A stretch of DNA of 64,000 bases. Source: Candidatus Gastranaerophilales bacterium (lineage in GTDB: Bacteria; Cyanobacteriota; Vampirovibrionia; Gastranaerophilales; Gastranaerophilaceae). Positions 1 to 9,590 of this stretch are shown piece after piece. Each line of letters starts with the position of its first letter. The first letter of the stretch is position 1. The position numbers were made by a program, and so were the translations under genes. The stretch covers positions 124,971-188,970 of the forward strand of contig CALUYD010000003.1 of NCBI GenBank assembly GCA_944324915.1. Reading direction: 5' to 3'. A model generated the notes under the pieces. That model was not told the DNA's origin. It was given only the letters and a program-made list of their open reading frames with translations, and made no database searches.

Positions 1-1
1 A

Positions 2-814
2 GTTATTCATATTGATATTGACCCTTGTTCTATTTCAAAAAATGTTAAAGCCTCCATTCCTATCGTAGGAGATGTTAAAAACGTATTAACGATGATGTTA
101 CATCAGCTTGATAAAGCACACCACAAAATCAATATCGAACAAAAAGATAAGTGGTTCAATGACATTAAAGAATGGAAGAAAAAGGTTGCAATTCCTCAAA
201 AAATGTCAGACAAATTAAGCGCTATAACAGTATTAAATAAAATTTATGAATACACAAAAGAGGATGAGCCAACTGTTGCAACAGAAGTTGGACAACATCA
301 AATGTGGACAGCTCAGAACTTCAAGTTTAATCAGCCAAGAAAATTAATAACTTCAGGCGGTTTAGGCACAATGGGTTTTGGCTTCCCTGCTGCAATGGGC
401 GCTATGGCAGCACTTAAAAAAGGATATGTGCTAAATATCGCAGGAGATGGTTCTATTCAAATGAATATACAAGAACTTATGACATGTGTTGATTATAAAT
501 TTAAAGTTATAAATTGTATAATTAACAACGGATATCTTGGAATGGTTCGCCAATGGCAAGAAAAAATCTACAATAAACATTATTCGCAAACAAAAATTTC
601 TTCGCCGGATTTTGTTAAATTAGCACAAAGCTACGGAGCGCTAGGTATCAGAGTTGAAAAAGAAGAAGAAATAATTCCGGCCTTAAAACAAGCTATTGAA
701 TATGATGGACCTGTTTTAATTGATTTTATATGCGAAAACTTTGAAATGGTTTATCCTTGGGTATTAGCAGGAGCACCAATAGATAAAGTTTTACTATCTA
801 GAGAGGAGTGCTAA
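2..814 (+). CDS. ilvB: Acetolactate synthase (AHAS) large catalytic subunit, C-terminal part; 5' end lies outside the window
   Basis: Frame is open from nt 2 (VIHIDIDPCSISKN...), so the listed ORF start at 92 is internal. TPP-binding region GGLGTMGFGFPAAMGA...GDGSIQMNIQEL...NNGYLGMVRQWQE. The small-subunit gene follows 1 nt later. Confidence 0.9.
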   Translation, partial: VIHIDIDPCSISKNVKASIPIVGDVKNVLTMMLHQLDKAHHKINIEQKDKWFNDIKEWKKKVAIPQKMSDKLSAITVLNKIYEYTKEDEPTVATEVGQHQMWTAQNFKFNQPRKLITSGGLGTMGFGFPAAMGAMAALKKGYVLNIAGDGSIQMNIQELMTCVDYKFKVINCIINNGYLGMVRQWQEKIYNKHYSQTKISSPDFVKLAQSYGALGIRVEKEEEIIPALKQAIEYDGPVLIDFICENFEMVYPWVLAGAPIDKVLLSREEC

Positions 815-815
815 A

Positions 816-1346
816 ATGGCAACTAAACATACAGTATCAGTTTTAGTATCTAATGAAGTTGGTGTATTATCTCGCATTGTTGATTTATTTTCAGGCAGAG
901 GATATAACATTGAAAGTCTAACAGTAGCACCAACACTTGATAGCATATATTCAAGAGTAACAATAGTAACATCAGCTGATGATGATGTAATTGAGCAAAT
1001 TTGCAAACAATTAAACAGATTAATTCCTGTAATTAAAGTTGCAAATTTATCAATTGGAGATGCTATTGAATATGAAATTGGTCTAATTAAAGTTACCGTA
1101 AATGATGAAAATAGAGCCGAATTTATGAACATTGTAGCTCAAGCGCATGCTACCATTATGGATGTATCAGATAAATTATATACAATTAAAATTGATGGTG
1201 ATGAAAAACAAGTACAAACTTTTGCTGAATTAATAAGACCGTTTGGTATTAAAGAATTTGTTCGCTCAGGAAAAGTCGCAATAACAAAATCATGTCAATT
1301 TTCAAACTTTAAGAATAAAAAGGAAGAATTAAAAATAGAAGCATAA
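816..1346 (+). CDS. ilvH: Acetolactate synthase small (regulatory, ACT-domain) subunit
   Basis: N-terminal ACT motif HTVSVLVSNEVGVLSRIVDLFSGRGYNIESLTVAPT. Position directly after ilvB. Confidence 0.85.
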   Translation: MATKHTVSVLVSNEVGVLSRIVDLFSGRGYNIESLTVAPTLDSIYSRVTIVTSADDDVIEQICKQLNRLIPVIKVANLSIGDAIEYEIGLIKVTVNDENRAEFMNIVAQAHATIMDVSDKLYTIKIDGDEKQVQTFAELIRPFGIKEFVRSGKVAITKSCQFSNFKNKKEELKIEA

Positions 1347-1379
1347 AAAAAGACCTTCAAATAAAAAGAAAAGAAGGTC
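1345..1379 (-). terminator. Intrinsic terminator downstream of the LuxR-type gene; may also stop ilvH read-through
   Basis: Hairpin gaccttc(1352-1358)/gaaggtc(1373-1379). The A-run at 1345-1351 is a U-run on the minus strand. Confidence 0.55.
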
Positions 1380-1413
1380 AAAAATTAGATAGTAGAGAGT
1401 TAATAAGTAAACT

Positions 1414-1791
1414 TTATAAATATTTTTCAGCTTGCAAGATGGTATCTTCAAAACAATCTTGATTATCTTTTGCAAGCATTAGTGCTTTTATAATTTTTTT
1501 CATTTCTGAATTTTGAGATTTTAGAGAAATTATCTCACTTTGCAATTTTTCAAAAGCGTTTTTATATCTATCCAAAATATCGCCAAAGACACTTAAAACA
1601 AATTCACTTCTATTTTTTGCTTTGTATTTTTCATAAAGTAAATTAATATGATACGAAATACAAGATTGAGAACGGCAAAGCTCAGATGCAATTTGAGGTA
1701 TTGTCATGCCTTTAAAAATACATTTTACAATCCTAGACTGATTTTCAGATAGATTTATTTTAGTTTTTTTATACATAATTCTTAATTCCAT
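1414..1791 (-). CDS. Small LuxR/GerE-type HTH protein with C-terminal coiled coil
   Basis: LSENQSRIVKCIFKGMTIPQIASELCRSQSCISYHINLLYEKYKAKNRSEFV matches the GerE HTH pattern. First ATG is at 1791; the track start at 1794 is TTG. Confidence 0.6.
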   Translation of the reverse strand: MELRIMYKKTKINLSENQSRIVKCIFKGMTIPQIASELCRSQSCISYHINLLYEKYKAKNRSEFVLSVFGDILDRYKNAFEKLQSEIISLKSQNSEMKKIIKALMLAKDNQDCFEDTILQAEKYL

Positions 1792-1822
1792 CAAAATATG
1801 TATGTAAATTATTTATTTATTA

Positions 1823-1882
1823 TGGTATAATTTAATTGACAGTTAATAAGGAAATAGTACACTAACTATTTTTTCTTGTCAA
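1823..1882. promoter_or_regulatory. Overlapping back-to-back divergent promoters between the LuxR-type and XRE genes
   Basis: Plus strand: TTGACA 1836-1841, 16 nt spacer, TACACT 1858-1863, plus an extended -10 TGgTATAAT at 1823-1831. Minus strand: TTGACA (1882-1877), 17 nt spacer, TACTAT (1859-1854). The two -35 boxes form a near-symmetric inverted pair around GTAC at 1857-1860. Confidence 0.5.
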
Positions 1883-1907
1883 GTTTTGGTTTATTTAATA
1901 GGTAGAG

Positions 1908-2204
1908 ATGATGGAAAATCTTAGCAAGAGAATTAAAATTCTTAGAAAACAATTAGGCATGTCACAAGAAGATTTCGCAGCTAAACTTTGTGTTACAAAA
2001 CAAGCAATATCCAACATGGAAACAGGAAAAAGCTCTCCAAGTCCGTCTGTTTTATATAAAATGCATACCATGCTTGATGTTAATTTAAATTATATAATCG
2101 CAGGCACAGGAGATATATTCATAAGCGAAAAAGGAAATAAAGCCTTAAAAGAATCGCTATTAAAAGAATTTGAACTCATGCTTAAGTCAAGAGGAATTGA
2201 ATAA
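1908..2204 (+). CDS. XRE-family HTH transcriptional regulator
   Basis: LRKQLGMSQEDFAAKLCVTKQAISNMETGKSSPS is a typical Cro/C1-type HTH. Confidence 0.8.
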   Translation: MMENLSKRIKILRKQLGMSQEDFAAKLCVTKQAISNMETGKSSPSPSVLYKMHTMLDVNLNYIIAGTGDIFISEKGNKALKESLLKEFELMLKSRGIE

Positions 2205-2210
2205 TAGTAT

Positions 2211-2249
2211 ACAATTTGTTTAGTATATGTAACAAATTAGTAACAAATT
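2211..2249 (+). repeat. Inverted plus direct repeats of AACAAATT/GTAACAAATT
   Basis: GTAACAAATT at 2229-2238 and 2240-2249 (11-bp period). Its near reverse complement ACAATTTGTT is at 2211-2220. Confidence 0.6.
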
Positions 2250-2318
2250 TGCACTAGTAAATTTTTATGTGTAATAATCATGAAAGTTAATAGTCTAACC
2301 ATTCCTTTCTTGACTTAT

Positions 2319-2348
2319 GCGGTTTAATCAAACCGCATTTATTTTTTG
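2319..2348 (+). terminator. Intrinsic terminator, about 115 nt after the XRE stop codon
   Basis: Hairpin gcggttt-aatc-aaaccgc (2319-2336) followed by a T-rich run atttattttttg. Confidence 0.7.
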
Positions 2349-2388
2349 TTTTAATATGTTGTTTTTATTTTTGTGTTAATATAAAAGT

Positions 2389-2739
2389 ATGTTAAATGAA
2401 TTTTTATACGCAAAAATACATAGAGCAACAGTTACAGAAGCAAATTTAGAATATGTTGGCTCTATTACAATAGACAAAACTTTATTAGATGAAGTTGGAA
2501 TTAAAGAAAATCAAAAAGTTGAAATTTTAAACATAAACAACGGGGAAAGATTTTCAACTTATGTTATCGAAGGAGAAGCTGATTCCGGTATAATTTGTCT
2601 AAATGGTGCAGCAGCAAGAAAAGTTCAAATCAAAGATAAAGTTATCATCGTTGCTTATGCACTTTTAGATAAAGAAGAACAAAAAACATTTAAACCAAAA
2701 ATCGCTCATGTGGATGGAAATAACAAATTAATCAAATAA
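2389..2739 (+). CDS. panD: Aspartate 1-decarboxylase
   Basis: [22 protein letters not shown]...[10 protein letters not shown]...ICLNGAAA. Pyruvoyl-forming G-S site and the expected length. Confidence 0.9.
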   Translation: MLNEFLYAKIHRATVTEANLEYVGSITIDKTLLDEVGIKENQKVEILNINNGERFSTYVIEGEADSGIICLNGAAARKVQIKDKVIIVAYALLDKEEQKTFKPKIAHVDGNNKLIK

Positions 2740-2740
2740 A

Positions 2741-3175
2741 ATGATTAAATTAATTCAAGATAACAATACAACTTATGCAAAAATAATAAGAGCAAATTAT
2801 AGTGCTCAAGATACCGAATTTTTCACAAACGAAACAGATGAAATACAATTCGGTGTAATTAGCTACCCTAAAAACCATAAAACAGGTGCTCACTATCATA
2901 ATCATCTTGAAAAAGAGACAACCCAAATTGACGAAATCTTAATTTTTCAAAAGGGCTCTGCTCGAATTGATTTTTATAACGATAAAGGGGAATATATAAA
3001 AAGTTGCGAACTTTTTCAAGGGGATACAATAATAATCAATAAAGGTGGACACAATATATTATTTTATGAAGACACAAAAGTTATCGCCATAAAATCCGGA
3101 GTATATGAAAAAGAATACTCTAAAACAAGAATAATAGGCGCAAACAACCTTGAATTAATTATAGAAAACGATTAA
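2741..3175 (+). CDS. Cupin-fold protein of unknown function
   Basis: GAHYHNHLEKE...G...GDTIIINKGGHN is a cupin-like two-motif pattern. Starts 1 nt after panD. Confidence 0.5.
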   Translation: MIKLIQDNNTTYAKIIRANYSAQDTEFFTNETDEIQFGVISYPKNHKTGAHYHNHLEKETTQIDEILIFQKGSARIDFYNDKGEYIKSCELFQGDTIIINKGGHNILFYEDTKVIAIKSGVYEKEYSKTRIIGANNLELIIEND

Positions 3176-3693
3176 TAAACTTCGCTTTGATTATCTTCAT
3201 CATCCCTTAGAGTTGATAAATCATAGTTATATGTGCAATCAAAATCTTCAGGCAATTTGTCAGAATCAGGCCAAACGGTAGATTCATCAAATCTGCATGA
3301 ATCAAGATTTTCAGATGTTGATAGGTCGCTATCTGATAAATCAGCTTCAGAAAAATTTACTCCAGCCATATCAGCATCAGAAAAATCACAATAATTTACA
3401 TTACAATAATTAAAACTTGTACCATTTAAAATAGAGCCTGAAAAATTACATTCTGATAATTGAGCTCTAGAAAAATCAGCGCTTGTTAAATCACAATCGA
3501 CAAATTTAACGTTTAATAAATTTGCTTCAGCAAAATTAGCACCGGAAAAATCAACGTTTGTAAAATCAGCATCTTCAATATTTGCATGAGAAAAATCAGT
3601 TTCAGATAAATCCATATCAGAATTTTTATCATGCTCTAATTTAAATTCTTCATAATTATTTAAAATCAATTCTACTAAATCATCTTTTAACAT
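3172..3693 (-). CDS. Pentapeptide-repeat protein
   Basis: Long run of A(D/N)LxX pentapeptides: ANIEDADFTNVDFSGANFAEANLLNVKFVDCDLTSADFSRAQLSECNFSG... Confidence 0.85.
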   Translation of the reverse strand: MLKDDLVELILNNYEEFKLEHDKNSDMDLSETDFSHANIEDADFTNVDFSGANFAEANLLNVKFVDCDLTSADFSRAQLSECNFSGSILNGTSFNYCNVNYCDFSDADMAGVNFSEADLSDSDLSTSENLDSCRFDESTVWPDSDKLPEDFDCTYNYDLSTLRDDEDNQSEVY

Positions 3694-3706
3694 TGTTTTT
3701 CCTTTT

Positions 3707-4327
3707 TTAAATTAATTCTGCTTGTTGAGCTAATAGCACGGCTTGAACCCTATTTTCAACTTTTAATTTTCTAAAGATACTGTTTAAGTGTGTTTTAACA
3801 GTAACTTCGCGAACAAACAAAGTTTGAGCTATTTGAGAATTTGTTTCGCCTTTTGCTACTAACGATAAAATCTCTTTTTCACGAGTTGTCAAAGGAGAAA
3901 TTTTCTCACCTTTAACAAAAGGAAGAGCAGTTACCTGCTTTGTATCTTTATTCCACGTTGAGCGTCTTAATAACGCTTCGATTCGCGCTAATAAATTAGG
4001 TAAAACAAAAGGTTTAACTATATAATCATCAGCACCAAACTTTAGACCCGAAATTTGTTTATTTGCATCTGTTACAGATGTTAACATAATAATAGGAATT
4101 TGTGCCACTTTTTCATTTTTTCGAATAGCTTTAAGCGTTTCCCATCCATCCAAATTGGGCATTACAACGTCTAAAATAACTAAATCAAAATTAGAATCTT
4201 CATCTAATATTTTTAGGCCCATAAGCCCGTCTGTGGCGCTTTTTGCTTCATAACCATACATAGGAAGCGAATCTTGTAAAAGTTTTGGATTGTCGTCTAT
4301 AATTAAAATTCTTGCTAATGATGTCAT
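3707..4327 (-). CDS. NarL/FixJ-type response regulator (REC + LuxR HTH)
   Basis: ILIIDD...DLVILDVVMPNLDG...KP receiver motifs. C-terminal LTTREKEILSLVAKGETNSQIAQTLFVREVTVKTHLNSIFRKL. Confidence 0.85.
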   Translation of the reverse strand: MTSLARILIIDDNPKLLQDSLPMYGYEAKSATDGLMGLKILDEDSNFDLVILDVVMPNLDGWETLKAIRKNEKVAQIPIIMLTSVTDANKQISGLKFGADDYIVKPFVLPNLLARIEALLRRSTWNKDTKQVTALPFVKGEKISPLTTREKEILSLVAKGETNSQIAQTLFVREVTVKTHLNSIFRKLKVENRVQAVLLAQQAELI

Positions 4328-4333
4328 ACTAAC

Positions 4334-4996
4334 CTAATTAATTAAATTCTCTCTAATAGCCTTAATAGCAGCTTGTGTCCTATCTTCAACTCCCATTTTT
4401 TGCAAAATGGAACATACATGTACTTTTGTTGTATTAACTGAAATATCAAGTTTCTTTGCAATTTGTTGATTGTTATTTCCGCTTGATAATAATATTAATA
4501 CTCTTTTTTCCTGTTGGGTCAAGTTGTAACAATCTTTTACGGATATATTGCCTAAAATTTTTTCATCATTTGCCCTTGATGTTTGTTGCATTACAAAATC
4601 AGAAACGCTTGAATCAAAATACATTGAACCATCTAAGACATCTTTAATTACATCACATAATTTATCAGGTTTAATTTCTTTTGTACAATATGCGTTAATT
4701 CCAAGCTCTAAGCACTTTTGTACTTCTTCTTTATCACAATGTGATGTCAATATAACAACTTTTATTTCTTTGTTATTTTCTCTAATTTTTTCAAGCGCTT
4801 GAACTCCGTCAATTTCAGGCAACCCTAAATCCAATAATATTAAATCTATCTTTTTATCTTGCAATACTTCAAATGCATCTTTTGCGCAGTTTACATCAAT
4901 TATTTCATCTATAAAATCTACACATGACAGCGAGGTTTTAAGCGCAAAAGAAGTAAGCGCATGGTCTTCTACTATCAAAATACTTTTCTTATCCAT
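4334..4996 (-). CDS. NarL/FixJ-type response regulator (REC + LuxR HTH)
   Basis: MDKKSILIVEDH...DLILLDLGLPEIDG; C-terminal LTQQEKRVLILLSSGNNNQQIAKKLDISVNTTKVHV. The ATG at 4996 is preferred over the TTG at 5032 used in the track. Confidence 0.8.
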   Translation of the reverse strand: MDKKSILIVEDHALTSFALKTSLSCVDFIDEIIDVNCAKDAFEVLQDKKIDLILLDLGLPEIDGVQALEKIRENNKEIKVVILTSHCDKEEVQKCLELGINAYCTKEIKPDKLCDVIKDVLDGSMYFDSSVSDFVMQQTSRANDEKILGNISVKDCYNLTQQEKRVLILLSSGNNNQQIAKKLDISVNTTKVHVCSILQKMGVEDRTQAAIKAIRENLIN

Positions 4997-5074
4997 ATAA
5001 AAATTATAAATTAACTTAATAAAAAATTGCAATACCTTTTAATTTTTGCTATCTTAATAGATGAGGAAAAAATT

Positions 5075-5356
5075 ATGATAACAATAAAAGATGTAGAACA
5101 CGTTGCAAAACTTGCAAGATTAGAATTAAGCGAATCAGAAAAAGAAATGTTTACACATCAATTAGGTGATGTTTTAGCTCATGTTGAAAAAATGAATGAA
5201 GTTGATACAACAAACGTTGAACCCATGAATCATCCGATTGATTTTACAAACGTTATGAGAGAAGACGTTAAGATTTACGAAAATACAAGAGAAGAACTCA
5301 TGGCAAATGCGCCCGATGTTGAGGGTGAATTCTTTAAAGTTCCAAAAATAAATTAA
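5075..5356 (+). CDS. gatC: Asp/Glu-tRNA amidotransferase subunit C
   Basis: [47 protein letters not shown] at 5075 is preceded by GAGGA; the track start at 5027 is TTG with no SD. Confidence 0.85.
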   Translation: MITIKDVEHVAKLARLELSESEKEMFTHQLGDVLAHVEKMNEVDTTNVEPMNHPIDFTNVMREDVKIYENTREELMANAPDVEGEFFKVPKIN

Positions 5357-5364
5357 GAGGAAAA

Positions 5365-6972
5365 ATGACAAAATATATTTTTATAACAGGCGGTGTAGTT
5401 AGTTCCTTAGGAAAAGGAATAGTAGCCGCCTCTTTAGGCAGGCTTTTGGTTTCAAGAGGTTATAAGGTTTCAGTTCAAAAATTTGACCCATATATTAATG
5501 TTGACCCCGGAACAATGAGCCCTTTTCAACATGGTGAAGTTTTTGTTTGCGAAGACGGTGCTGAAACAGACCTTGATTTAGGTCATTATGAAAGATTTAT
5601 AGATACAAATCTATCTCAAATAAACAATGTTACATCAGGTTCAGTTTATCAAACAGTAATAAATAAAGAGCGCAGAGGCGAATATCTGGGCGCTACCGTT
5701 CAAATGATTCCTCATATCACAGGCGAAATAAAATCAAGATTAACACTAGCTTCTAAAAGAAATAACCCTGATATTTTAATAGCTGAAATTGGCGGTACAA
5801 TAGGCGATATTGAAAGTTTGCCATTTATTGAAGCAATAAGACAATTTAGAGCAGAAGTTGGCCCTCAAAATTCTATGTCAATCCATGTGACACTTTTGCC
5901 TTATCTTCCAACATCAGGCGAATTAAAAACAAAACCGACACAACACAGCGTTAATGTTTTAAGAAGCTACGGTATACAGCCTGAAATGTTAGTATTAAGA
6001 ACCCAAGTTCCTGTTTCAAAATCAGAAAAAGATAAAATTGCTCTATTTTGCTCAGTAAATAAAGAATCAGTTATCGAATGCAAAGATTTAAAATCAATAT
6101 ACGAAGTACCGCTATATTTAGAAAAACAAGGAATAACTTCGCAAGTATTAAAAACATTAAATCTTGAAGATAAACCCGCAGATTTAGTTCAATGGGCAGA
6201 TTTAATAAACAAAATAAACAATCCAAAACACGAGCTAACTGTTGCAATAGCAGGAAAATACACAGAATTAAATGACGCATATATTTCAGTTGTTGAAAGT
6301 TTAAAGCACGCCGGTTTTCAAAACGATACAAAAATAAACCTAAAATGGATAGCTTCAGAAGAAATTTTAACAGATGAAGATGCTAAAGCGCATCTTTGTG
6401 ACGTTGATGCAATTGTTGTCCCCGGAGGTTTTGGCGTTCGTGGAATTGAAGGCAAATTAAAAGTTGTTAAATATGCAAGAGAAAACAATGTTCCATATTT
6501 AGGCTTATGTCTTGGCATGCAATGCGCTGTTATTGAATTTGCAAGAAACGTGGCTCATCTAGAAGATGCAAACTCAACAGAATTTGATAAAAATACACCA
6601 CACAAAGTCGTTGATTTAATGGAAGAGCAAAAAAATATTGCAGGTTATGGTGCTACTATGCGTCTTGGTTCATACCCTTGTAAAATTGCTCCAAACACCA
6701 AAGCAAGAGAGGTTTATGGAAGCGATTTAATCTTAGAGCGCCATAGACACAGATTTGAATTTAATAGCGAATATAAAGATATACTAACAAAAGCAGGTCT
6801 TGTTATTTCAGGAACAAGTCCTGATGAATTACTAGCTGAAATTGTTGAATATCCAAAAAACGATTGGTTTGTCGCTTGTCAATTCCATCCGGAATTCAAA
6901 TCAAGACCACAAAAACCGCACCCATTGTTTGATGGTCTAATTAAAACTGCACTAAAGAAGAAATTATCTTAA
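5365..6972 (+). CDS. pyrG: CTP synthase
   Basis: [17 protein letters not shown]...; glutaminase region GLCLGMQ...HRHRFEFN; length 535 aa. Confidence 0.95.
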   Translation: MTKYIFITGGVVSSLGKGIVAASLGRLLVSRGYKVSVQKFDPYINVDPGTMSPFQHGEVFVCEDGAETDLDLGHYERFIDTNLSQINNVTSGSVYQTVINKERRGEYLGATVQMIPHITGEIKSRLTLASKRNNPDILIAEIGGTIGDIESLPFIEAIRQFRAEVGPQNSMSIHVTLLPYLPTSGELKTKPTQHSVNVLRSYGIQPEMLVLRTQVPVSKSEKDKIALFCSVNKESVIECKDLKSIYEVPLYLEKQGITSQVLKTLNLEDKPADLVQWADLINKINNPKHELTVAIAGKYTELNDAYISVVESLKHAGFQNDTKINLKWIASEEILTDEDAKAHLCDVDAIVVPGGFGVRGIEGKLKVVKYARENNVPYLGLCLGMQCAVIEFARNVAHLEDANSTEFDKNTPHKVVDLMEEQKNIAGYGATMRLGSYPCKIAPNTKAREVYGSDLILERHRHRFEFNSEYKDILTKAGLVISGTSPDELLAEIVEYPKNDWFVACQFHPEFKSRPQKPHPLFDGLIKTALKKKLS

Positions 6973-7491
6973 AACATCCAAAAGACATCTACCGTATTTT
7001 TTGGATTTAACAAGTTTAATATCGGTGTTTAATTCATCCAAAATTGATTGAATATCGATATTTTTTTGCTTATCGTATTCAATAAAAATTACACCGTTTT
7101 CATTTAATAATTCATACGCTTTTAAAATAATTGGTTTGTAATCCATATCCCAAGGAGGGTCAATATAGATAACATCATATTTTTTGGTATCTTTATAATT
7201 TAGAGAATTACAAATTGTTATATTTGGAGTTAATTTTAAATTTTTATAGTTTTGTTTTATTATTTGAGCGGTTCTAGGGTTCAATTCAAGCTCTTTTACA
7301 TTATATCCTCGAGAAATTGCTTCAAGCCCCATAATGGCACTACCGGAAAACATATCCAAGAATTCACATCCAAATAATTCATACTGCATTAAAATATTAA
7401 AAACGCTTTCTCTAACCTTTGATAATGTAGGTTTTACATCTTTCGGAACAATTATTTTAGCCCCTTTGTATTGCCCGCCTGTCAGATACAA
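6964..7491 (-). CDS. rsmD: 16S rRNA (guanine966-N2)-methyltransferase RsmD family
   Basis: [17 protein letters not shown] and IYIDPPW motifs; about 175 aa. Confidence 0.8.
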   Translation of the reverse strand: MYLTGGQYKGAKIIVPKDVKPTLSKVRESVFNILMQYELFGCEFLDMFSGSAIMGLEAISRGYNVKELELNPRTAQIIKQNYKNLKLTPNITICNSLNYKDTKKYDVIYIDPPWDMDYKPIILKAYELLNENGVIFIEYDKQKNIDIQSILDELNTDIKLVKSKKYGRCLLDVLR

Positions 7492-7523
7492 TTTTAATCT
7501 CCTTTATTTAAAATAAATTTACC

Positions 7524-8888
7524 ATGAAAAAAATTATTGTTATAGGAGGAGGTGCAGCAGGGGCAAAAGCTGCATCTAAAGCCAAAAGATTAGACCCCAA
7601 AAACCACGTTGAATTATACACAAGAGGCAATAAAATTGCATATTCTTTGTGTGGCTTGCCATATTTTATAGAAGGTTCTGTCAAAAATATAAACGATTTA
7701 ATAATAAGAACTCCGCAAAATTTTATAGATAACGGAATACAAGTTTTTTTAGAGCATGAAGCAACTGAAATATATCCTGAAAAAAACTGCGTTTTAATTA
7801 ACGGAAATCATATTTTTTATGATGAATTAATCTTGGGATTAGGCGCAAGAGTAAATCTACCGCCTATTGAAAATATAAATGCCAAAAATATTTTTACATT
7901 ACGAAGTTTAGAATCAGGACTTGAAATAAAAGAAAAAATGCAAAACTCCAAAAAAGTTATAATCATCGGAGGCGGATATATTGCAATAGAGCTTATAGAG
8001 GCGTTTACAAAAAACAATATAGATATTGTTTTAATTGAACAAAAAGAAAGAATAGCGTCAGATTTCGATGAAGATTTTTCAAAATTAATACAAAATATGA
8101 TTGAAACAAAATGCGAAAAAAATGTCGAAACAATATACAATGAAAAAGTAATAAAATTTGAAGTTGACGAAAATTACAGCTTTAAAAGCGCAATAACAGA
8201 ATCAGGAAAAGAAATTTTTGCTGATTTTTGCATACTTGCAACAGGAGCATCTCCAAATGTAGCACTAGCTAAAAATGCAGGCATAAAACTAGGAGTTACA
8301 GGCGCTATTGAGGTTGATAATAAAATGCGCACAAATATAGCAAATATTTTTGCATGTGGAGATTGCACTCAAAAATATTGCATAATTACAAGAGAACCCA
8401 CATACATTGGTTTAGGTACAATTGCAAACAAAGAAGGCAGAGTTGCCGCAATCAATGCCGTTGGCGGAGAAAATTTTGAAAGTTTTGATGGTGTACTAAA
8501 ATCAACAATCACAAAATTCTATGAATATACAATTTCAAAAACAGGGCTCACCATGCAAGAAGCGCAGCAATACGCAAAAAAAATCAATTTAGAGCCCATT
8601 TGTTCATCCATTACAAAAAATGATAAAGCAGGCTATATGCCAAATTCAAACAAATTAACCATTAAACTTGTTGCAGATAAAAGAAGTGGTGAAATTTTAG
8701 GCGCTCAAGGAATTGGTTGTATGGGGAATATTTCACAAAGAATTAATACAATAACCTCAGCCTTAAAATCAAGACTAACAATAGAACAATTGCTTCATCT
8801 TGATTTAGCTTATGCTCCTCCTTTTTCAAGCTCAATAGATCCTATTTTAACCGCTGCATATCAATTAAAAGAAATGATGAAATTATAG
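7524..8888 (+). CDS. FAD-dependent pyridine nucleotide-disulfide oxidoreductase (NADH oxidase / CoA-disulfide reductase family)
   Basis: IVIGGGAAGAKAA dinucleotide fold; single redox Cys in YSLCGLPYFI; second GGGYIAIE fold; ACGDC. Confidence 0.8.
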   Translation: MKKIIVIGGGAAGAKAASKAKRLDPKNHVELYTRGNKIAYSLCGLPYFIEGSVKNINDLIIRTPQNFIDNGIQVFLEHEATEIYPEKNCVLINGNHIFYDELILGLGARVNLPPIENINAKNIFTLRSLESGLEIKEKMQNSKKVIIIGGGYIAIELIEAFTKNNIDIVLIEQKERIASDFDEDFSKLIQNMIETKCEKNVETIYNEKVIKFEVDENYSFKSAITESGKEIFADFCILATGASPNVALAKNAGIKLGVTGAIEVDNKMRTNIANIFACGDCTQKYCIITREPTYIGLGTIANKEGRVAAINAVGGENFESFDGVLKSTITKFYEYTISKTGLTMQEAQQYAKKINLEPICSSITKNDKAGYMPNSNKLTIKLVADKRSGEILGAQGIGCMGNISQRINTITSALKSRLTIEQLLHLDLAYAPPFSSSIDPILTAAYQLKEMMKL

Positions 8889-8891
8889 AAA

Positions 8892-8919
8892 AAAGGATAA
8901 GGTGGTGACCTTATCCTTT
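8892..8919. terminator. Hairpin between convergent genes (likely bidirectional terminator)
   Basis: aggataagg(8894-8902)/ccttatcct(8909-8917), flanked by an A-run and a T-run. Confidence 0.6.
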
Positions 8920-8970
8920 TAAATACACATACACTTATTTTTAGAGAAGAGCTTATCTTAGTTTGAATTA

Positions 8971-9543
8971 CTATGATAATTTTATTGTTGATGATTGGAT
9001 TTGAGAGCTTACCGCTTCGCCAACCGACTCGATTTCCGCACTGATTGCTTCTAATTGTGCTTCAATTTCTACTTGTTCTTGATCGAGCATTGTTTCAGTA
9101 TCATTTGCCTCTTCTTCAATCATTGCAAGTTCATCTTCCCAATTTTGTTTTACCATATTTTTTTGATATTCATAATCTTCTTTAGCTTTGTTCAACTCAA
9201 TTTGAGCTTGATTATATGCTTCAGTGTCAATACTAGAGCTTGTTGATGATGAACCGGATTCAAGTTCACTTTGTGTTTGTCCTCCTGCTAATACAGTATC
9301 ATCGCCTGTTGAAGTTGATGATGCGCTTGTCATAGCGCTTGTTGCAGCATCTCTTTGTGCAGTATAATTTGCATAAAGTGCATTTAATTCTTCTTGCATA
9401 TCATTTTGAACAACTGTTTGTTCATAATGATACTGCCTTGCCATTTGTCGCTTAGTTCTTGAGATATTTAGCAACTCCATTTGGTAGTCTGCATGTGTTC
9501 TCTTGAGCTCAGCTTTCCTTAATGTAAGCGTAACCCATCCCAT
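8971..9543 (-). CDS. Acidic coiled-coil protein, paralogue A (conserved MGWV N-terminus and STIKL C-terminus)
   Basis: MGWVTLTLRKAELK...ELL..S / ...IQSSTIKLS. Paralogous to 19026-19583. S/T-rich variable centre. Confidence 0.7.
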   Translation of the reverse strand: MGWVTLTLRKAELKRTHADYQMELLNISRTKRQMARQYHYEQTVVQNDMQEELNALYANYTAQRDAATSAMTSASSTSTGDDTVLAGGQTQSELESGSSSTSSSIDTEAYNQAQIELNKAKEDYEYQKNMVKQNWEDELAMIEEEANDTETMLDQEQVEIEAQLEAISAEIESVGEAVSSQIQSSTIKLS

Positions 9544-9590
9544 GATAGTACCTCTTCCCTATTGTTTTGTGTAACGTGTGTGTATTTTTT

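Noticed and set aside
794-1132. 112-aa minus-strand ORF
   Set aside because: It is antisense to ilvH and has no independent support.
1414-2348. XRE/LuxR pair considered as a prophage or mobile-element remnant, or a toxin-antitoxin module
   Set aside because: There is no integrase, transposase, repeat boundary or toxin-like partner nearby. The flanks are ilvBH and panD.
4456-4802. Two plus-strand ORFs (63 and 84 aa)
   Set aside because: They lie inside and antisense to the NarL-type regulator gene, and their products are low-complexity.
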